A DNA stretch of 64,000 bases from Lingula anatina (GCA_051362555.1 CM120641.1:30386401-30450400), one strand, 5' to 3'. Counted from the first letter of the stretch, positions 9,725 through 24,617 are shown. Numbers and translations: made by a program. Notes: generated by a model from the letters alone, not told the origin.

Positions 9725-11743
9725 CTAGAAAAAGAACAATATGTTTGATAAAAGTGAAAATTGAATTCTAAAAATTGACAAATTTCCCACATTAAAAAAG
9801 TTGAACAATAATTTTGATAAACTTAACCTAAACAGTTGACTATGTCTAATAAAAAGGACATTTTCAAAACATATAAATTTGAGAAATACTGAAAATGACA
9901 TTGAAAAGACTGCCAAATTCCATGGCTTGAAATAGTTAAACGTTAATAATTTTCACAAATCTTGTCCAATATTTGTGAAATTTGGACAGATGATGCATAA
10001 CAATAATAAAAATCTGTGATAAGCTCATCAGTTGACTGCATCTCATGAAAAACATTTTTCAGAGCATATAAATGTGAGAAAACTGAAAATGACATTGAAA
10101 AGACTGCCAAATTCCATGGCTTAAAATAGTTGAACGTTAATAATTTTCACAAATCTTGTCTAATATTTGTGAAATTTGGATAGATGATGCATAACAACAA
10201 TAAAAATCTGTGATAAGCTCATCAGTTGACTGTGTTTCATTAAAAAGATTTTTTTGGACAATAAATTTGAGAAAACAGAAAATGACATTGAAAAGACTGC
10301 AAAATGCGGTGCCTTAAAAAAGTTAAACGTTAATAATTTTCACAAAACTTGTTCAATATTTGTGAAATTTGGAGAGATGATGCTTAACAATAATAAAAAT
10401 CTGTGATAAGCTCATCAGTTGACTGTGTCTCATTTAAAAGATTTTTTTGGACAATAAATTTGAGAAAACTGAAAATGACACTGAGAAGACTGCAAAATGC
10501 GGTGCCTTAAAATAGTTAAACGTTAATAATATTCACAAAACTTCTTCAATATTTGTGAAATTTGGAGAGATGATGCATAACAACAATACAAATCTGTGAT
10601 AAGCTCATCAGTTGACTGTGGCTCATTTAAAAGATTTTTTTGGACAATAAATTTGAGAAAATTGAAAATGACACTGAGAAGACTGCAAAATGCGGTGCCT
10701 TAAAATAGTTAAACATTAATAATTTTCACAAAACTTGTTCAAGATTTGTGAAATTTAGACAGATGATGCATAACAATAATAAAAATCTGTGATAAGCTCA
10801 TCAATTGAATGTGTCTCATGAAAAACATTTTTCAGAGCATCTAAATGTGAGAAAACTGAAAATGACATTGAAAAGACTGCCAAATTCCATGGCTTAAAAT
10901 AGTTAAACGTTAATAATTTTCACAAATCTTGTTCAAGATTTGTGAAATTTGGACAGATGATGCATAACAATAATACAAATCTGTGATAAGCTCATCAGTT
11001 GACTGTGTCTCATTAAAAAGATTTTTTTGGACAATAAATTTGAGAAAATTGAAAATGACACTGAGAAGACTGCAAAATGCGGTGCCTTAAAATAGTTAAA
11101 CGTTAATAATATTCACAAAACTTGTTCAATATTTGTGAAATTTGGAGAGATGATGCTTAACAATAATAAAAATCTGTGATAAGCTCATCAATTGACTGCA
11201 TCTCATGAAAAACATTTTTCAGGGCATATAAAAGTGAGAAAACTGAAAATGACACTGAAAAGACTGCCAAATTCCATGGCTTAAAATAGTTAAACGTTAA
11301 TAATTTTCACAAATCTTGTCTAATGTTTGTGAAATTTGGATAGATGATGCATATCAACAATAAAAATCTTTGATAAGCTCATCAGTTGCCTGTGTCTCAT
11401 AAAAAAGATTTTTTTGGACAATAAAATTGAGAAAAACGGAAAATGAAACTGAAAAGACTGCAAAATGCAGTGCCTTAAAATAGTTAAATATTAATAATTT
11501 TCACAAAACTTGTTCAATATTTGTGAAATTTGGAGAGATGATGCTTAGCAATAAAAAAAATCTGTGATAAGCTTAACAGTTGACAGTGTGTGATAGAATT
11601 GTAGTTGTTTGAAATTTTGTATGGGAAGAGTGAGAATTATCTACAATATTTTTTTTTTTTCAATTTCACAACATCTAATTAGACTCACATTAAACATCAA
11701 ATATTATGATTTGAGTTTGTTTGTGTAAGAGGTGACAAATTAC

Positions 11744-12029
11744 CCATAATTGTCCTCTGGAAAAGAATATATACCCATTTAAGACATCTCCTTACTACCA
11801 ATACCAGATGCAGATTCCTCCTTACAATCGGTTTCTGGAATAGGGTTTAGCACACCATTTGACAATGTCCTAAAGCTTGCCATATACCATCTATTGTACA
11901 CATGGATGAGACATAGCATTGCTCTTGCTGTTGTCTTTTGCTGTCTGTTTTTTCTATAGGAATTAGCCCTGACCAGACAGGAAGAATCAGTTCACCAAAA
12001 AATCCATCACGCTGTATGAAAAAGGTCAC
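11744..12029 (-). repeat. Module core copy 7, type I
   Basis: Near-identical core. Confidence 0.9.
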
Positions 12030-12693
12030 CTAGAAAAAGAACAATATGTTTGATAAAAGTGAAAATTAAATTCTAAAAATTGACAAATTTCCCACATTAA
12101 AAAAGTTGAACAATAATTTTGATAAACTTAACCTAAACAGTTGACTATGTCTAATAAAAAGGACATTTTCAAAACATATAAATTTGAGAAATACTGAAAA
12201 TGACATTGAAAAGACTGCCAAATTCCATGGCTTGAAATAGTTAAACGTTAATAATTTTCACAAATCTTGTCCAATATTTGTGAAATTTGGACAGATGATG
12301 CATAACAATAATAAAAATCTGTGATAAGCTCATCAGTTGACTGCATCTCATGAAAAACATTTTTCTGAGCATATAAATGTGAGAAAACTGAAAATGACAT
12401 TGAAAAGACTGCCAAATTCCATGGCTTAAAATAGTTGAACGTTAATAATTTTCACAAATCTTGTCTAATATTTGTGAAATTTGGAGAGATGATGCATAAC
12501 AATAACAAAAATCTGTGATAAGCTTAACAGTTGACAGTGTGTGATAGAATTGTAGTTGATTGACATTTTGTATGCGAAGAGTGAGAATTATCTACAATAT
12601 TTTTTTTTTTCAATTTCACAACATCTTATTAGACTCACATTAAACATCAAATATTATGATTTGAGTTTGTTTGTGTAATAGGTGACAAATTAC

Positions 12694-12982
12694 CCATAAT
12701 TGTCCTCTGGAAAAGAATATATACCCATTTAAGACATCTCCTTACTACCAATACCAGATGCAGATTCCTCCTTACAATCGGTTTCTGGAATAGGGTTTAG
12801 CACACCATTTGACAATGTCCTAAAGCTTGCCATATACCATCTATTGTACACATGGATGAGACATAGCATTGCTCTTGCTGTTGTCTTTTTCTGTCTGTTT
12901 TTTCTATAGGAATTAGCCCTGACCAGACAGGAAGAATCAGTTCACCAAAAAATCCATCACGCTGTATGGAAAAAAAGGTCAC
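12694..12982 (-). repeat. Module core copy 8, type II
   Basis: Near-identical core. Confidence 0.9.
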
Positions 12983-14001
12983 CTAGAAAAAGAACAATGT
13001 GTTTGATAAAAGTGAAAATTGAATTCTAAAGATTGACAAATTTCCCCCATTAAAAAAGTTGAACAATAATTGTGATAAGCTTAACCTAAACAGTTGACTA
13101 TGTCTAATAAAAAGGACATTTTCAGAACATATAAATTTGAGAAATACTGAAAATGACATTGAAAAGACTGCCAAATTCCATGGCTTGAAATAGTTAAACG
13201 TTAATAATTTTCACAAATCTTGTCCAAAATTTGTGACATTTGGACAGATGATGCATAACAATAATAAAAATCTGTGATAAGCCCATCAGTTGACTGCATC
13301 TCATGAAAAACATTTTTCAGACCATATAAATGTGAGAAAACTGAAAATGACATTGAAAAGACTGCCAAATTCCATGGCTTAAAATAGTTGAACGTTAATA
13401 ATTTTCACAAATCTTGTCTAATATTTGTGAAATTTGGAGAGATGATGCATAACAACAATAAAAATCTGTGATAAGCTCATCAGTTGACTGTGTCTCATAA
13501 AAAAGATTTTTTTGGTCAATTAAATTGAGAAAACAGTAAATGACATTGAAAAGACTGCAAAATGCGGTGCCTTAAAATAGTTAAACATCAATAATTTTCA
13601 CAAATCTTGTTCACAATTTGTGAAATTTGGACAGATGATGCATTACAATAATAAAAATCTGTGATGAGCTCAACAGTTGACTGTGTTTCATGAAAAACAT
13701 TTTTCAGAGCATATAAATGTGAAAAAACTGAAAATGACATTGCAAAGACTGCAAAATTCCATGGCTTAAAATAGTTTAATGTTAATAATTTTCACAAAAC
13801 TTGTTCAATATTTGTGAAATTTGGAGAGATGATGCTTAACAGACAGTGTGTGATAGAATTGTAGTTGATTGATATTTTGTATGCGAAGAGTGAGAATTAT
13901 CTACAATATTTTTTTTTTCAATTTCACAACATCTAATTAGACTCACATTAAACATCAAATATTATGATTTGAGTTTGTTTGTGTAATAGGTGACAAATTA
14001 C

Positions 14002-14287
14002 CCATAATTGTCCTCTGGAAAAGAATATATACCCATTTAAGACATCTCCTTACTACCAATACCAGATGCAGATTCCTCCTTACAATCGGTTTCTGGAATA
14101 GGGTTTAGCAAACCATTTGACAATGTCCTAAAGCTTGCCATATACCATCTATTGTACACATGGATGGGACATAGCATTGCTCTTGCTGTTGTCTTTTGCT
14201 GTCTGTTTTTTCTATAGGAATTAGCCCTGACCAGACAGGAAGAATCAGTTCACCAAAAAAGCCATCATGCTGTATGGAAAAGGTCAC
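14002..14287 (-). repeat. Module core copy 9, type III
   Basis: Near-identical core; CAG acceptor variant. Confidence 0.9.
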
Positions 14288-15648
14288 CTGGAAAAAGAAC
14301 AATATGTTTGATAAAAGTGAAAATTAAATTCTAAATATTGACAAATTTCCCACACTAAAATAGTAGAACAATAATTTTGATAAACTTAACCTAAACAATT
14401 GACTATGTCTAATAAAAAGGACATTTTCAGAACATATAAATTTGAGAAATACTGAAAATGACATTGAAAAAACTGCCAAATTCCATGGCTTGAAATAGTT
14501 AAACATTAATAATTTTCACAAATCTTGTCTAATATTTGTGAAATTTAGATAGATGATGCATAACAACAATACAAATCTGTGATAAGCTCATCAGTTGACT
14601 GTGTCCCATTTAAAAGATTTTTTTGGACAATAAATTTGAGAAAATTGAAAATGACACTGAGAAGACTGCAAAATGCGGTGCCTTAAAATAGTTAAACGTT
14701 AATAATTTTCACAAAACTTGTTCAATATTTGTGAAATTTGGAAAGATGATGCATAACAATAATAAAAATCTGTGATAAGCTCATCAATTGAATGTGTCTC
14801 ATGAAAAACATTTTTCAGAGCATATAAATGTGAGAAAACTGAAAATGACATTGAAAAGACTGCCAAATTCCATGGCTTAAAATAGTTAAACGTTAATAAT
14901 TTTCACAAATCTTGTCTAATGTTTGTGACATTTGGATAGATGATGCATATCAACAATAAAAATCTGTGATAAGCTCATCAGTTGCCTGTGTCTCATAAAA
15001 AAGATTTTTTTGGACAATAAAATTGAGAAAAACGGAAAATGACATTGAAAAGACTGCAAAATGCATTGCCTTAAAATAGTTAAACGTTAATAATTTTCAT
15101 AAATCTTGTTCAAGAAAAACATTTTTCACAGCATATAAATGTGAGAAAACTGAAAATGACATTGAAAAGACTGCCAAATTCCATGGCTTAAAATAGTTTA
15201 ACGTTAATAATTTTCACAAATCTTGTCTAATATTTGTGAAATTTGGATAGATGATGCATAACAACAATAAAAATCTGTGATAAGCTCATCAGTTGACTGT
15301 GTCTCATTAAAAAGATTTTTTTTTGGACAATAAAATTGAGAAAATTAAAAATGAAACTGAAAAGACTGCAAAATGCAGTGCCTTAAAATAGTTAAATATT
15401 AATAATTTTCACAAAACTTGTTCAATATTTGTGAAATTTGGAGAGATGATGCTTAGCAATAACAAAAATCTGTGATAAGCTTAACAGTTGACAGTGTGTG
15501 ATAGAATTGTAGTTGTTTGACATTTTGTATGCGAAGAGTGAGAATTATCTACAATATTTTTTTTTCAATTTCACAACATCTAATTAGACTCACATTAAAC
15601 ATCAAATATTATGATTTGAGTTTGTTTGTGTAAGAGGTGACAAATTAC

Positions 15649-15934
15649 CCATAATTGTCCTCTGGAAAAGAATATATACCCATTTAAGACATCTCCTTAC
15701 TACCAATACCAGATGCAGATTCCTCCTTACAATCGGTTTCTGGAATAGGGTTTAGCACACCATTTGACAATGTCCTAAAGCTTGCCATATACCATCTATT
15801 GTACACATGGATGAGACATAGCATTGCTCTTGCTGTTGTCTTTTGCTGTCTGTTTTTTCTATAGGAATTAGCCCTGACCAGACAGGAAGAATCAGTTCAC
15901 CAAAAAAGCCATCACGCTGTATGGAAAAGGTCAC
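15649..15934 (-). repeat. Module core copy 10, type IV
   Basis: Near-identical core. Confidence 0.9.
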
Positions 15935-17567
15935 CTGGAAAAAGAACAATATGTTTGATAAAAGTGAAACTTAAATTCTAAAAATTGACAAATTTCAGAC
16001 ACTAAAATAGATGAAAAATAATTTTGATAAACTAAACCTAAACAGTTGACTATGTCTAATAAAAAGGATATTTTCAGAACATATAAATTTGAGAAATACT
16101 GAATATGACATTGAAAAAACTGCCAAATTCAATGGCTTGAAATAGTTAAACGTTAATAATTTTCACAAATCTTGTCTAATATTTGTGAAATTTAGATAGA
16201 TGATGCATAACAACAATACAAATCTGTGATAAGCTCATCAGTTGACTGCATCTCATGAAAAACATTTTTCAGGGCATATAAATGTGAGAAAACTGAAAAT
16301 GACACTGAAAAGACTGCCAAATTCCATGGCTTAAAATAGTTAAACGTTAATAATTTTCACAAATCTTGTCTAATGTTTGTGAAATTTGGATAGATGATGC
16401 ATATCAACAATAAAAATCTGTGATAAGCTCATCAGTTGCCTGTGTCCCATTTAAAAGATTTTTTTGGACAATAAATTTGAGAAAATTGAAAATGACACTG
16501 AGAAGACTGCAAAATGCGGTGCCTTAAAATAGTTAAACGTTAATAATATTCACAAAACTTGTTCAATATTTGTGAAATTTGGAGAGATGATGCTTAACAA
16601 TAATAAAAATCTGTGATAAGCTCATCAGTTGACTGCATCTCATGAAAAACATTTTTCAGGGCATATAAATGTGAGAAAACTGAAAATGACACTGAAAAGA
16701 CTGCCAAATTCCATGGCTTAAAATAGTTAAACGTTAATAATTTTCACAAATCTTGTCTAATGTTTGTGAAATTTGGATAGATGATGCATATCAACAATAA
16801 AAATCTGTGATAAGCTCATCAAATGCCTGTGTCTCATAAAAAAGATTTTTTTGGACAATAAAATTGAGAAAAACGGAAAATGACATTGAAAAGACTGCAA
16901 AATGCATTGCCTTAAAATAGTTAAACGTTAATAATTTTCACAAATCTTGTTCAAGATTTGTGAAATTTGGATAGATGATGCATAACAATAATAAAAATCT
17001 GTGATAAGCTCATCAGTTGACTGTGTTTCATGAAAAACATTTTTCAGAGCATATAAATGTGAGAAAACTGAAAATGACATTGAAAAGACTGCCAAATTCC
17101 ATGGCTTAAAATAGTTTAACGTTAATAATTTTCACAAATCTTGTCTAATATTTGTGAAATTTGGATAGATGATGCATAACAACAATAAAAATCTGTGATA
17201 AGCTCATCAGTTGACTGTGTCTCATTAAAAAGATTTTTTTTTTGGACAATAAAATTGAGAAAATTAAAAATGAAACTGAAAAGATTGCAAAATGCGGTGC
17301 CTTAAAATAGTTAAATATTAATAATTTTCACAAAACTTGTTCAATATTTGTGAAATTTGGAGAGATGATGCTTAGCAATAACAAAAATCTATGATAAGCT
17401 TAACAGTTGACAGTGTGTGATAGAATTGTAGTTGTTTGACATTTTGTATGCGAAGAGTGAGAATTATCTACAATATTTTTTTTTCAATTTCACAACATCT
17501 AATTAGACTCACATTAAACATCAAATATTATGATTTGAGTTTGTTTGTGTAAGAGGTGACAAATTAC

Positions 17568-17853
17568 CCATAATTGTCCTCTGGAAAAGAATATATACCC
17601 ATTTAAGACATCTCCTTACTACCAATACCAGATGCAGATTCCTCCTTACAATCGGTTTCTGGAATAGGGTTTAGCACACCATTTGACAATGTCCTAAAGC
17701 TTGCCATATACCATCTATTGTACACATGGATGAGACATAGCATTGCTCTTGCTGTTGTCTTTTGCTGTCTGTTTTTTCTATAGGAATTAGCCCTGACCAG
17801 ACAGGAAGAATCAGTTCACCAAAAAATCCATCACGCTGTATGGAAAAGGTCAC
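17568..17853 (-). repeat. Module core copy 11, type III
   Basis: Near-identical core. Confidence 0.9.
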
Positions 17854-18906
17854 CTGGAAAAAGAACAATATGTTTGATAAAAGTGAAAATTAAATTCTAA
17901 ATATTGACAAATTTCCCACACTAAAATAGTAGAACAATAATTTTGATAAACTTAACCTAAACAGTTGACTATATCTAATAAAAAGGACATTTTCAGAACA
18001 TATAAATTTGAGAAATACTGAAAATGACATTGAAAAAACAGCCAAATTCCATGGCTTGAAATAGTTAAACGTTAATAATTTTCACAAATCTTGTTCAAGA
18101 TTTGTGAAATTTGGACAGATGATGCATAACAATAATAAAAATCTGTGATAAGCTCATCAGTTGACTGTGTCTCATGAAAAAGATTTTTTTTGGACAATTA
18201 ATTTGAGAAAACTGAAAATAACACTGAAACGACTGCCAAATTCCATGGCTTAAAATAGTTAAACGTTAATAATTTTCACAAATCTTGTCTAATATTTGTG
18301 AAATTTGGAAAGATGATGCATAACAACAATAAAAATCTGTGATAAGCTCATCAGTTGACTGTGTCTCATAAAAAAGATTTTTTTTGGACAATAAAATTGA
18401 GAAAAGAGAAAATGACATTGAAAAAACTGCCAAATTCCATGGCTTGAAATAGTTAAACGTTAATAATTTTCACAAATCTTGTTCAAGATTTGTGAAATAT
18501 GGACAGATGATGCATAACAACAATTAAAATCTGTGATAAGCTCATCAATTGACTGTGTGTCATGAAAAAGAATTTTTCAGAGCATATAAATGTGAAAAAA
18601 CTGAAAATGACATTACAAAGACTGCAAAATTCCATGGCTTTAAATAGTTAAACGTTAATAATTTTCAGAAATCTTGTCGAATATCTTGTTGAAATTTGGA
18701 TAGATGATGCATAACAACAATAAAAATCTGTGATAAGCTCATCAGTTGACAGTGTGTGATAGAATTGTAGTTGATTGACATTTTGTATGCGAAGAGTGAG
18801 AATTATCTACAATATTTTTTTTTTTAATTTCACAACATCTAATTAGACTCACATTAAACATCAAATATTATGATTTGAGTTTGTTTGTGTAATGGTGACA
18901 AATTAA

Positions 18907-19009
18907 ACATAATTGTCCTCTGGAAAAGAATATATACCCATTTAAGACATCTCCTTACTACCAATACCAGATGCAGATTCCTCCTTACAATCGGTTTCTG
19001 GAATAGGGT
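18907..19009 (-). repeat. Module core copy 12, truncated
   Basis: Core breaks at GGAATAGGGT|GATAAGCTCATC and joins monomer sequence. Confidence 0.9.
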
Positions 19010-19380
19010 GATAAGCTCATCAGTTGACTGTGTCTCATTAAAAAGATTTTTTTTTTGGACAATAAAATTGAGAAAATTAAAAATGAAACTGAAAAGACTG
19101 CAAAATGCGGTGCCTTAAAATAGTTAAATATTAATAATTTTCACAAAACTTGTTCAATATTTGTGAAATTTGGAGAGATGATGCTTAGCAATAACAAAAA
19201 TCTATGATAAGCTTAACAGTTGACAGTGTGTGATAGAATTGTAGTTGTTTGACATTTTGTATGCGAAGAGTGAGAATTATCTACAATATTTTTTTTTCAA
19301 TTTCACAACATCTAATTAGACTCACATTAAACATCAAATATTATGATTTGAGTTTGTTTGTGTAAGAGGTGACAAATTAC

Positions 19381-19666
19381 CCATAATTGTCCTCTGGAAA
19401 AGAATATATACCCATTTAAGACATCTCCTTACTACCAATACCAGATGCAGATTCCTCCTTACAATCGGTTTCTGGAATAGGGTTTAGCACACCATTTGAC
19501 AATGTCCTAAAGCTTGCCATATACCATCTATTGTACACATGGATGAGACATAGCATTGCTCTTGCTGTTGTCTTTTGCTGTCTGTTTTTTCTATAGGAAT
19601 TAGCCCTGACCAGACAGGAAGAATCAGTTCACCAAAAAAGCCATCACGCTGTATGGAAAAGGTCAC
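19381..19666 (-). repeat. Module core copy 13, type IV
   Basis: Near-identical core. Confidence 0.9.
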
Positions 19667-20330
19667 CTGGAAAAAGAACAATATGTTTGATAAAAGTGAA
19701 ACTTAAATTCTAAAAATTGACAAATTTCAGACACTAAAATAGATGAAAAATAATTTTGATAAACTAAACCTAAACAGTTGACTATGTCTAATAAAAAGGA
19801 TATTTTCAGAACATATAAATTTGAGAAATACTGAATATGACATTGAAAAAACTGCCAAATTCAATGGCTTGAAATAGTTAAACGTTAATAATTTTCACAA
19901 ATCTTGTCTAATATTTGTGAAATTTAGATAGATGATGCATAACAACAATACAAATCTGTGATAAGCTCATCAGTTGACTGCATCTCATGAAAAACATTTT
20001 TCAGGGCATATAAATGTGAGAAAACTGAAAATGACATTGAAAAGACTGCCAAATTCCATGGCTTAAAATAGTTGAACGTTAATAATTTTCACAAATCTTG
20101 TCTAATATTTGTGAAATTTGGAGAGATGATGCATAACAATAACAAAAATCTGTGATAAGCTTAACAGTTGACAGTGTGTGATAGAATTGTAGTTGATTGA
20201 CATTTTGTATGCGAAGAGTGAGAATTATCTACAATATTTTTTTTTTTCAATTTCACAACATCTTATTAGACTCACATTAAACATCAAATATTATGATTTG
20301 AGTTTGTTTGTGTAAGAGGTGACAAATTAC

Positions 20331-20619
20331 CCATAATTGTCCTCTGGAAAAGAATATATACCCATTTAAGACATCTCCTTACTACCAATACCAGATGCAG
20401 ATTCCTCCTTACAATCGGTTTCTGGAATAGGGTTTAGCACACCATTTGACAATGTCCTAAAGCTTGCCATATACCATCTATTGTACACATGGATGAGACA
20501 TAGCATTGCTCTTGCTGTTGTCTTTTTCTGTCTGTTTTTTCTATAGGAATTAGCCCTGACCAGACAGGAAGAATCAGTTCACCAAAAAATCCATCACGCT
20601 GTATGGAAAAAAAGGTCAC
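20331..20619 (-). repeat. Module core copy 14, type II
   Basis: Near-identical core. Confidence 0.9.
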
Positions 20620-21833
20620 CTAGAAAAAGAACAATGTGTTTGATAAAAGTGAAAATTGAATTCTAAAGATTGACAAATTTCCCCCATTAAAAAAGTTGAA
20701 CAATAATTGTGATAAGCTTAACCTAAACAGTTGACTATGTCTAATAAAAAGGACATTTTCAGAACATATAAATTTGAGAAATACTGAAAATGACATTGAA
20801 AAGACTGCCAAATTCCATGGCTTGAAATAGTTAAACGTTAATAATTTTCACAAATCTTGTCCAAAATTTGTGACATTTGGACAGATGATGCATAACAATA
20901 ATAAAAATCTGTGATAAGCCCATCAGTTGACTGCATCTCATGAAAAACATTTTTCAGACCATATAAATGTGAGAAAACTGAAAATGATATTGAAAAGACT
21001 GCCAAATTCCATGGCTTAAAATAGTTGAACGTTAATAATTTTCACAAATCTTGTCTAATATTTGTGAAATTTGGAGAGATGATGCATAACAACAATAAAA
21101 ATCTGTGATAAGCTCATCAGTTGACTGTGTCTCATAAAAAAGATTTTTTTGGTCAATTAAATTGAGAAAACAGTAAATGACATTGAAAATACTGCAAAAT
21201 GCGGTGCCTTAAAATAGTTAAACATTAATAATTTTCACAAATCTTGTTCATGATTTGTGAAATTTGCACAGATGATGAATAACAATAATAAAAATCTGTG
21301 ATAAGCTCATCAGTTGACTGTGTTTCATGAAAAACATTTTTCAGAGCATATAAATGTGAGAAAACTGAAAATGACATTGAAAAGACTGCCAAATTCCATG
21401 GCTTAAAATAGTTTAACGTTAATAATTTTCACAAATCTTGTTCAAGATTTGTGAAATTTGGACAGATGATGCATTACAATAATAAAAATCTGTGATGAGC
21501 TCAACAGTTGACTGTGTTTCATGAAAAACATTTTTCAGAGCATATAAATGTGAAAAAACTGAAAATGACATTGCAAAGACTGCAAAATTCCATGGCTTAA
21601 AATAGTTTAATGTTAATAATTTTCACAAAACTTGTTCAATATTTGTGAAATTTGGAGAGATGATGCTTAACAGACAGTGTGTGATAGAATTGTAGTTGAT
21701 TGACATTTTGTATGCGAAGAGTGAGAATTATCTACAATATTTTTTTTTTTCAATTTCACAACATCTAATTAGACTCACATTAAACATCAAATATTATGAT
21801 TTGAGTTTGTTTGTGTAATAGGTGACAAATTAC

Positions 21834-22119
21834 CCATAATTGTCCTCTGGAAAAGAATATATACCCATTTAAGACATCTCCTTACTACCAATACCAGATG
21901 CAGATTCCTCCTTACAATCGGTTTCTGGAATAGGGTTTAGCACACCATTTGACAATGTCCTAAAGCTTGCCATATACCATCTATTGTACACATGGATGGG
22001 ACATAGCATTGCTCTTGCTGTTGTCTTTTGCTGTCTGTTTTTTCTATAGGAATTAGCCCTGACCAGACAGGAAGAATCAGTTCACCAAAAAAGCCATCAT
22101 GCTGTATGGAAAAGGTCCC
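21834..22119 (-). repeat. Module core copy 15, type III
   Basis: Near-identical core. Confidence 0.9.
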
Positions 22120-24331
22120 CTGGAAAAAGAACAATATGTTTGATAAAAGTGAAAATTAAATTCTAAATATTGACAAATTTCCCACACTAAAATAGTAGAA
22201 CAATAATTTTGATAAACTTAACCTAAACAGTTGACTATGTCTAATAAAAAGGACATTTTTAGAACATATAAATTTGAGAAATACTGAAAATGACATTGAA
22301 AAAACTGCCAAATTCCATGGCTTGAAATAGTTAAACATTAATAATTTTCACAAATCTTGTCTAATATTTGTGAAATTTAGACAGATGATGCATAACAACA
22401 ATACAAATCTGTGATAAGCTCATCAGTTGACTGTGTCCCATTTAAAAGATTTTTTTGGACAATAAATTTGAGAAAATTGAAAATGACACTGAGAAGACTG
22501 CAAAATGCGGTGCCTTAAAATAGTTAAACGTTAATAATTTTCACAAAACTTGTTCAATATTTGTGAAATTTAGACAGATGATGCATAACAATTATAAAAA
22601 TCTGTGATAAGCTCATCAATTGAATGTGTCTCATGAAAAACATTTTTCAGAGCATATAAATGTGAGAAAACTGAAAACGACATTGAAAAGACTGCCAAAT
22701 TCCATGGCTTAAAATAGTTAAACATTAATTATTTTCACAAATCTTGTTTAATACTTGTGAAATTTGGAGAGATGATGCTTAACAATAATAAAAATCTGTG
22801 ATAAGCTCATCAGTTGACTGCATCTCATGAAAAACATTTTTCAGGGCATATAAATGTGAGAAAACTGAAAATGACATTGAAAAGACTGCCAAATTCCATG
22901 GCTTAAAATAGTTAAACATTAATAATTTTCACAAATCTTGTTTAATATTTGTGAAATTTGGATAGATGATGCATAACAACAATACAAATCTGTGATAAGC
23001 TCATCAGTTGACTGTGTCTCATTAAAAAGATTTTTTTGGACAATAAATTTGAGAAAATTGAAAATGACACTGAGAAGACTGCAAAATGCGGTGCCTTAAA
23101 ATAGTTAAACGTTAATAATATTCACGCAACTTGTTCAATATTTGTGAAATTTGGAGAGATGATGCTTAACAATAATAAAAATCTGTGATAAGCTCATCAG
23201 TTGACTGCATCTCATGAAAAACATTTTTCAGGGCATATAAATGTGAGAAAACTGAAAATGACACTGAAAAGACTGCCAAATTCCATGGCTTAAAATAGTT
23301 AAACGTTAATAATTTTCACAAATCTTGTCTAATGTTTGTGAAATTTGGATAGATGATGCATATCAACAATAAAAATCTGTGATAAGCTCATCAGTTGCCT
23401 GTGTCTCATAAAAAAGATTTTTTTGGACAATAAAATTGAGAAAAACGGAAAATGACATTGAAAAGACTGCAAAATGCATTGCCTTAAAATAGTTAAACGT
23501 TAATAATTTTCACAAATCTTGTTCAAGATTTGTGAAATTTGGATAGATGATGCATAACAATAATAAAAATCTGTGATAAGCTCATCAATTGAATGTGTCT
23601 CATGAAAAACATTTTTCAGAGCATATAAATGTGAGAAAACTGAAAACGACATTGAAAAGACTGCCAAATTCCATGGCTTAAAATAGTTAAACATTAATTA
23701 TTTTCACAAATCTTGTTTAATACTTGTGAAATTTGGAGAGATGATGCTTAACAATAATAAAAATCTGTGATAAGCTCATCAGTTGACTGCATCTCATGAA
23801 AAACATTTTTCAGGGCATATAAATGTGAGAAAACTGAAAATGACATTGAAAAGACTGCCAAATTCCATGGCTTAAAACAGTTTAACGTTAATAATTTTCA
23901 CAAATCTTGTCTAATATTTGTGAAATTTGGATAGATGATGCATAACAACAATAAAAATCTGTGATAAGCTCATCAGTTGACTGTGTCTCATTAAAAAGAT
24001 TTTTTTGGACAATAAAATTGAGAAAATTAAAAATGAAACTGAAAAGACTGCAAAATGCGGTGCCTTAAAATAGTTAAATATTAATAATTTTCACAAAACT
24101 TGTTCAATATTTGTGAAATTTGGAGAGATGATGCTTAGCAATAAAAAAAATCTGTGATAAGCTTAACAGTTGACAGTGTGTGATAGAATTGTAGTTGTTT
24201 GAAATTTTGTATGGGAAGAGTGAGAATTATCTACAATATTTTTTTTTTCAATTTCACAACATCTAATTAGACTCACATTAAACATCAAATATTATGATTT
24301 GAGTTTGTTTGTGTAAGAGGTGACAAATTAC

Positions 24332-24617
24332 CCATAATTGTCCTCTGGAAAAGAATATATACCCATTTAAGACATCTCCTTACTACCAATACCAGATGCA
24401 GATTCCTCCTTACAATCGGTTTCTGGAATAGGGTTTAGCACACCATTTGACAATGTCCTAAAGCTTGCCATATACCATCTACTGTACACATGGATGAGAC
24501 ATAGCATTGCTCTTGCTGTTGTCTTTTGCTGTCTGTTTTTTCTATAGGAATTAGCCCTGACCAGACAGGAAGAATCAGTTCACCAAAAAAGCCATCATGC
24601 TGTATGGAAAAGGTCAC
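24332..24617 (-). repeat. Module core copy 16, type III
   Basis: Near-identical core. Confidence 0.9.

Larger units (their letters stand above)
1..10175. repeat. ~3.06-kb higher-order repeat (8 monomers + module + 2 monomers + module): copies at 1-3100, 4795-7890, 7859-10175 (partial)
   Basis: Identical ORF-track entries recur at offsets of ~4793 and ~3065; private variants such as CAGATCATA and AAATATAGAC are shared. Confidence 0.9.
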
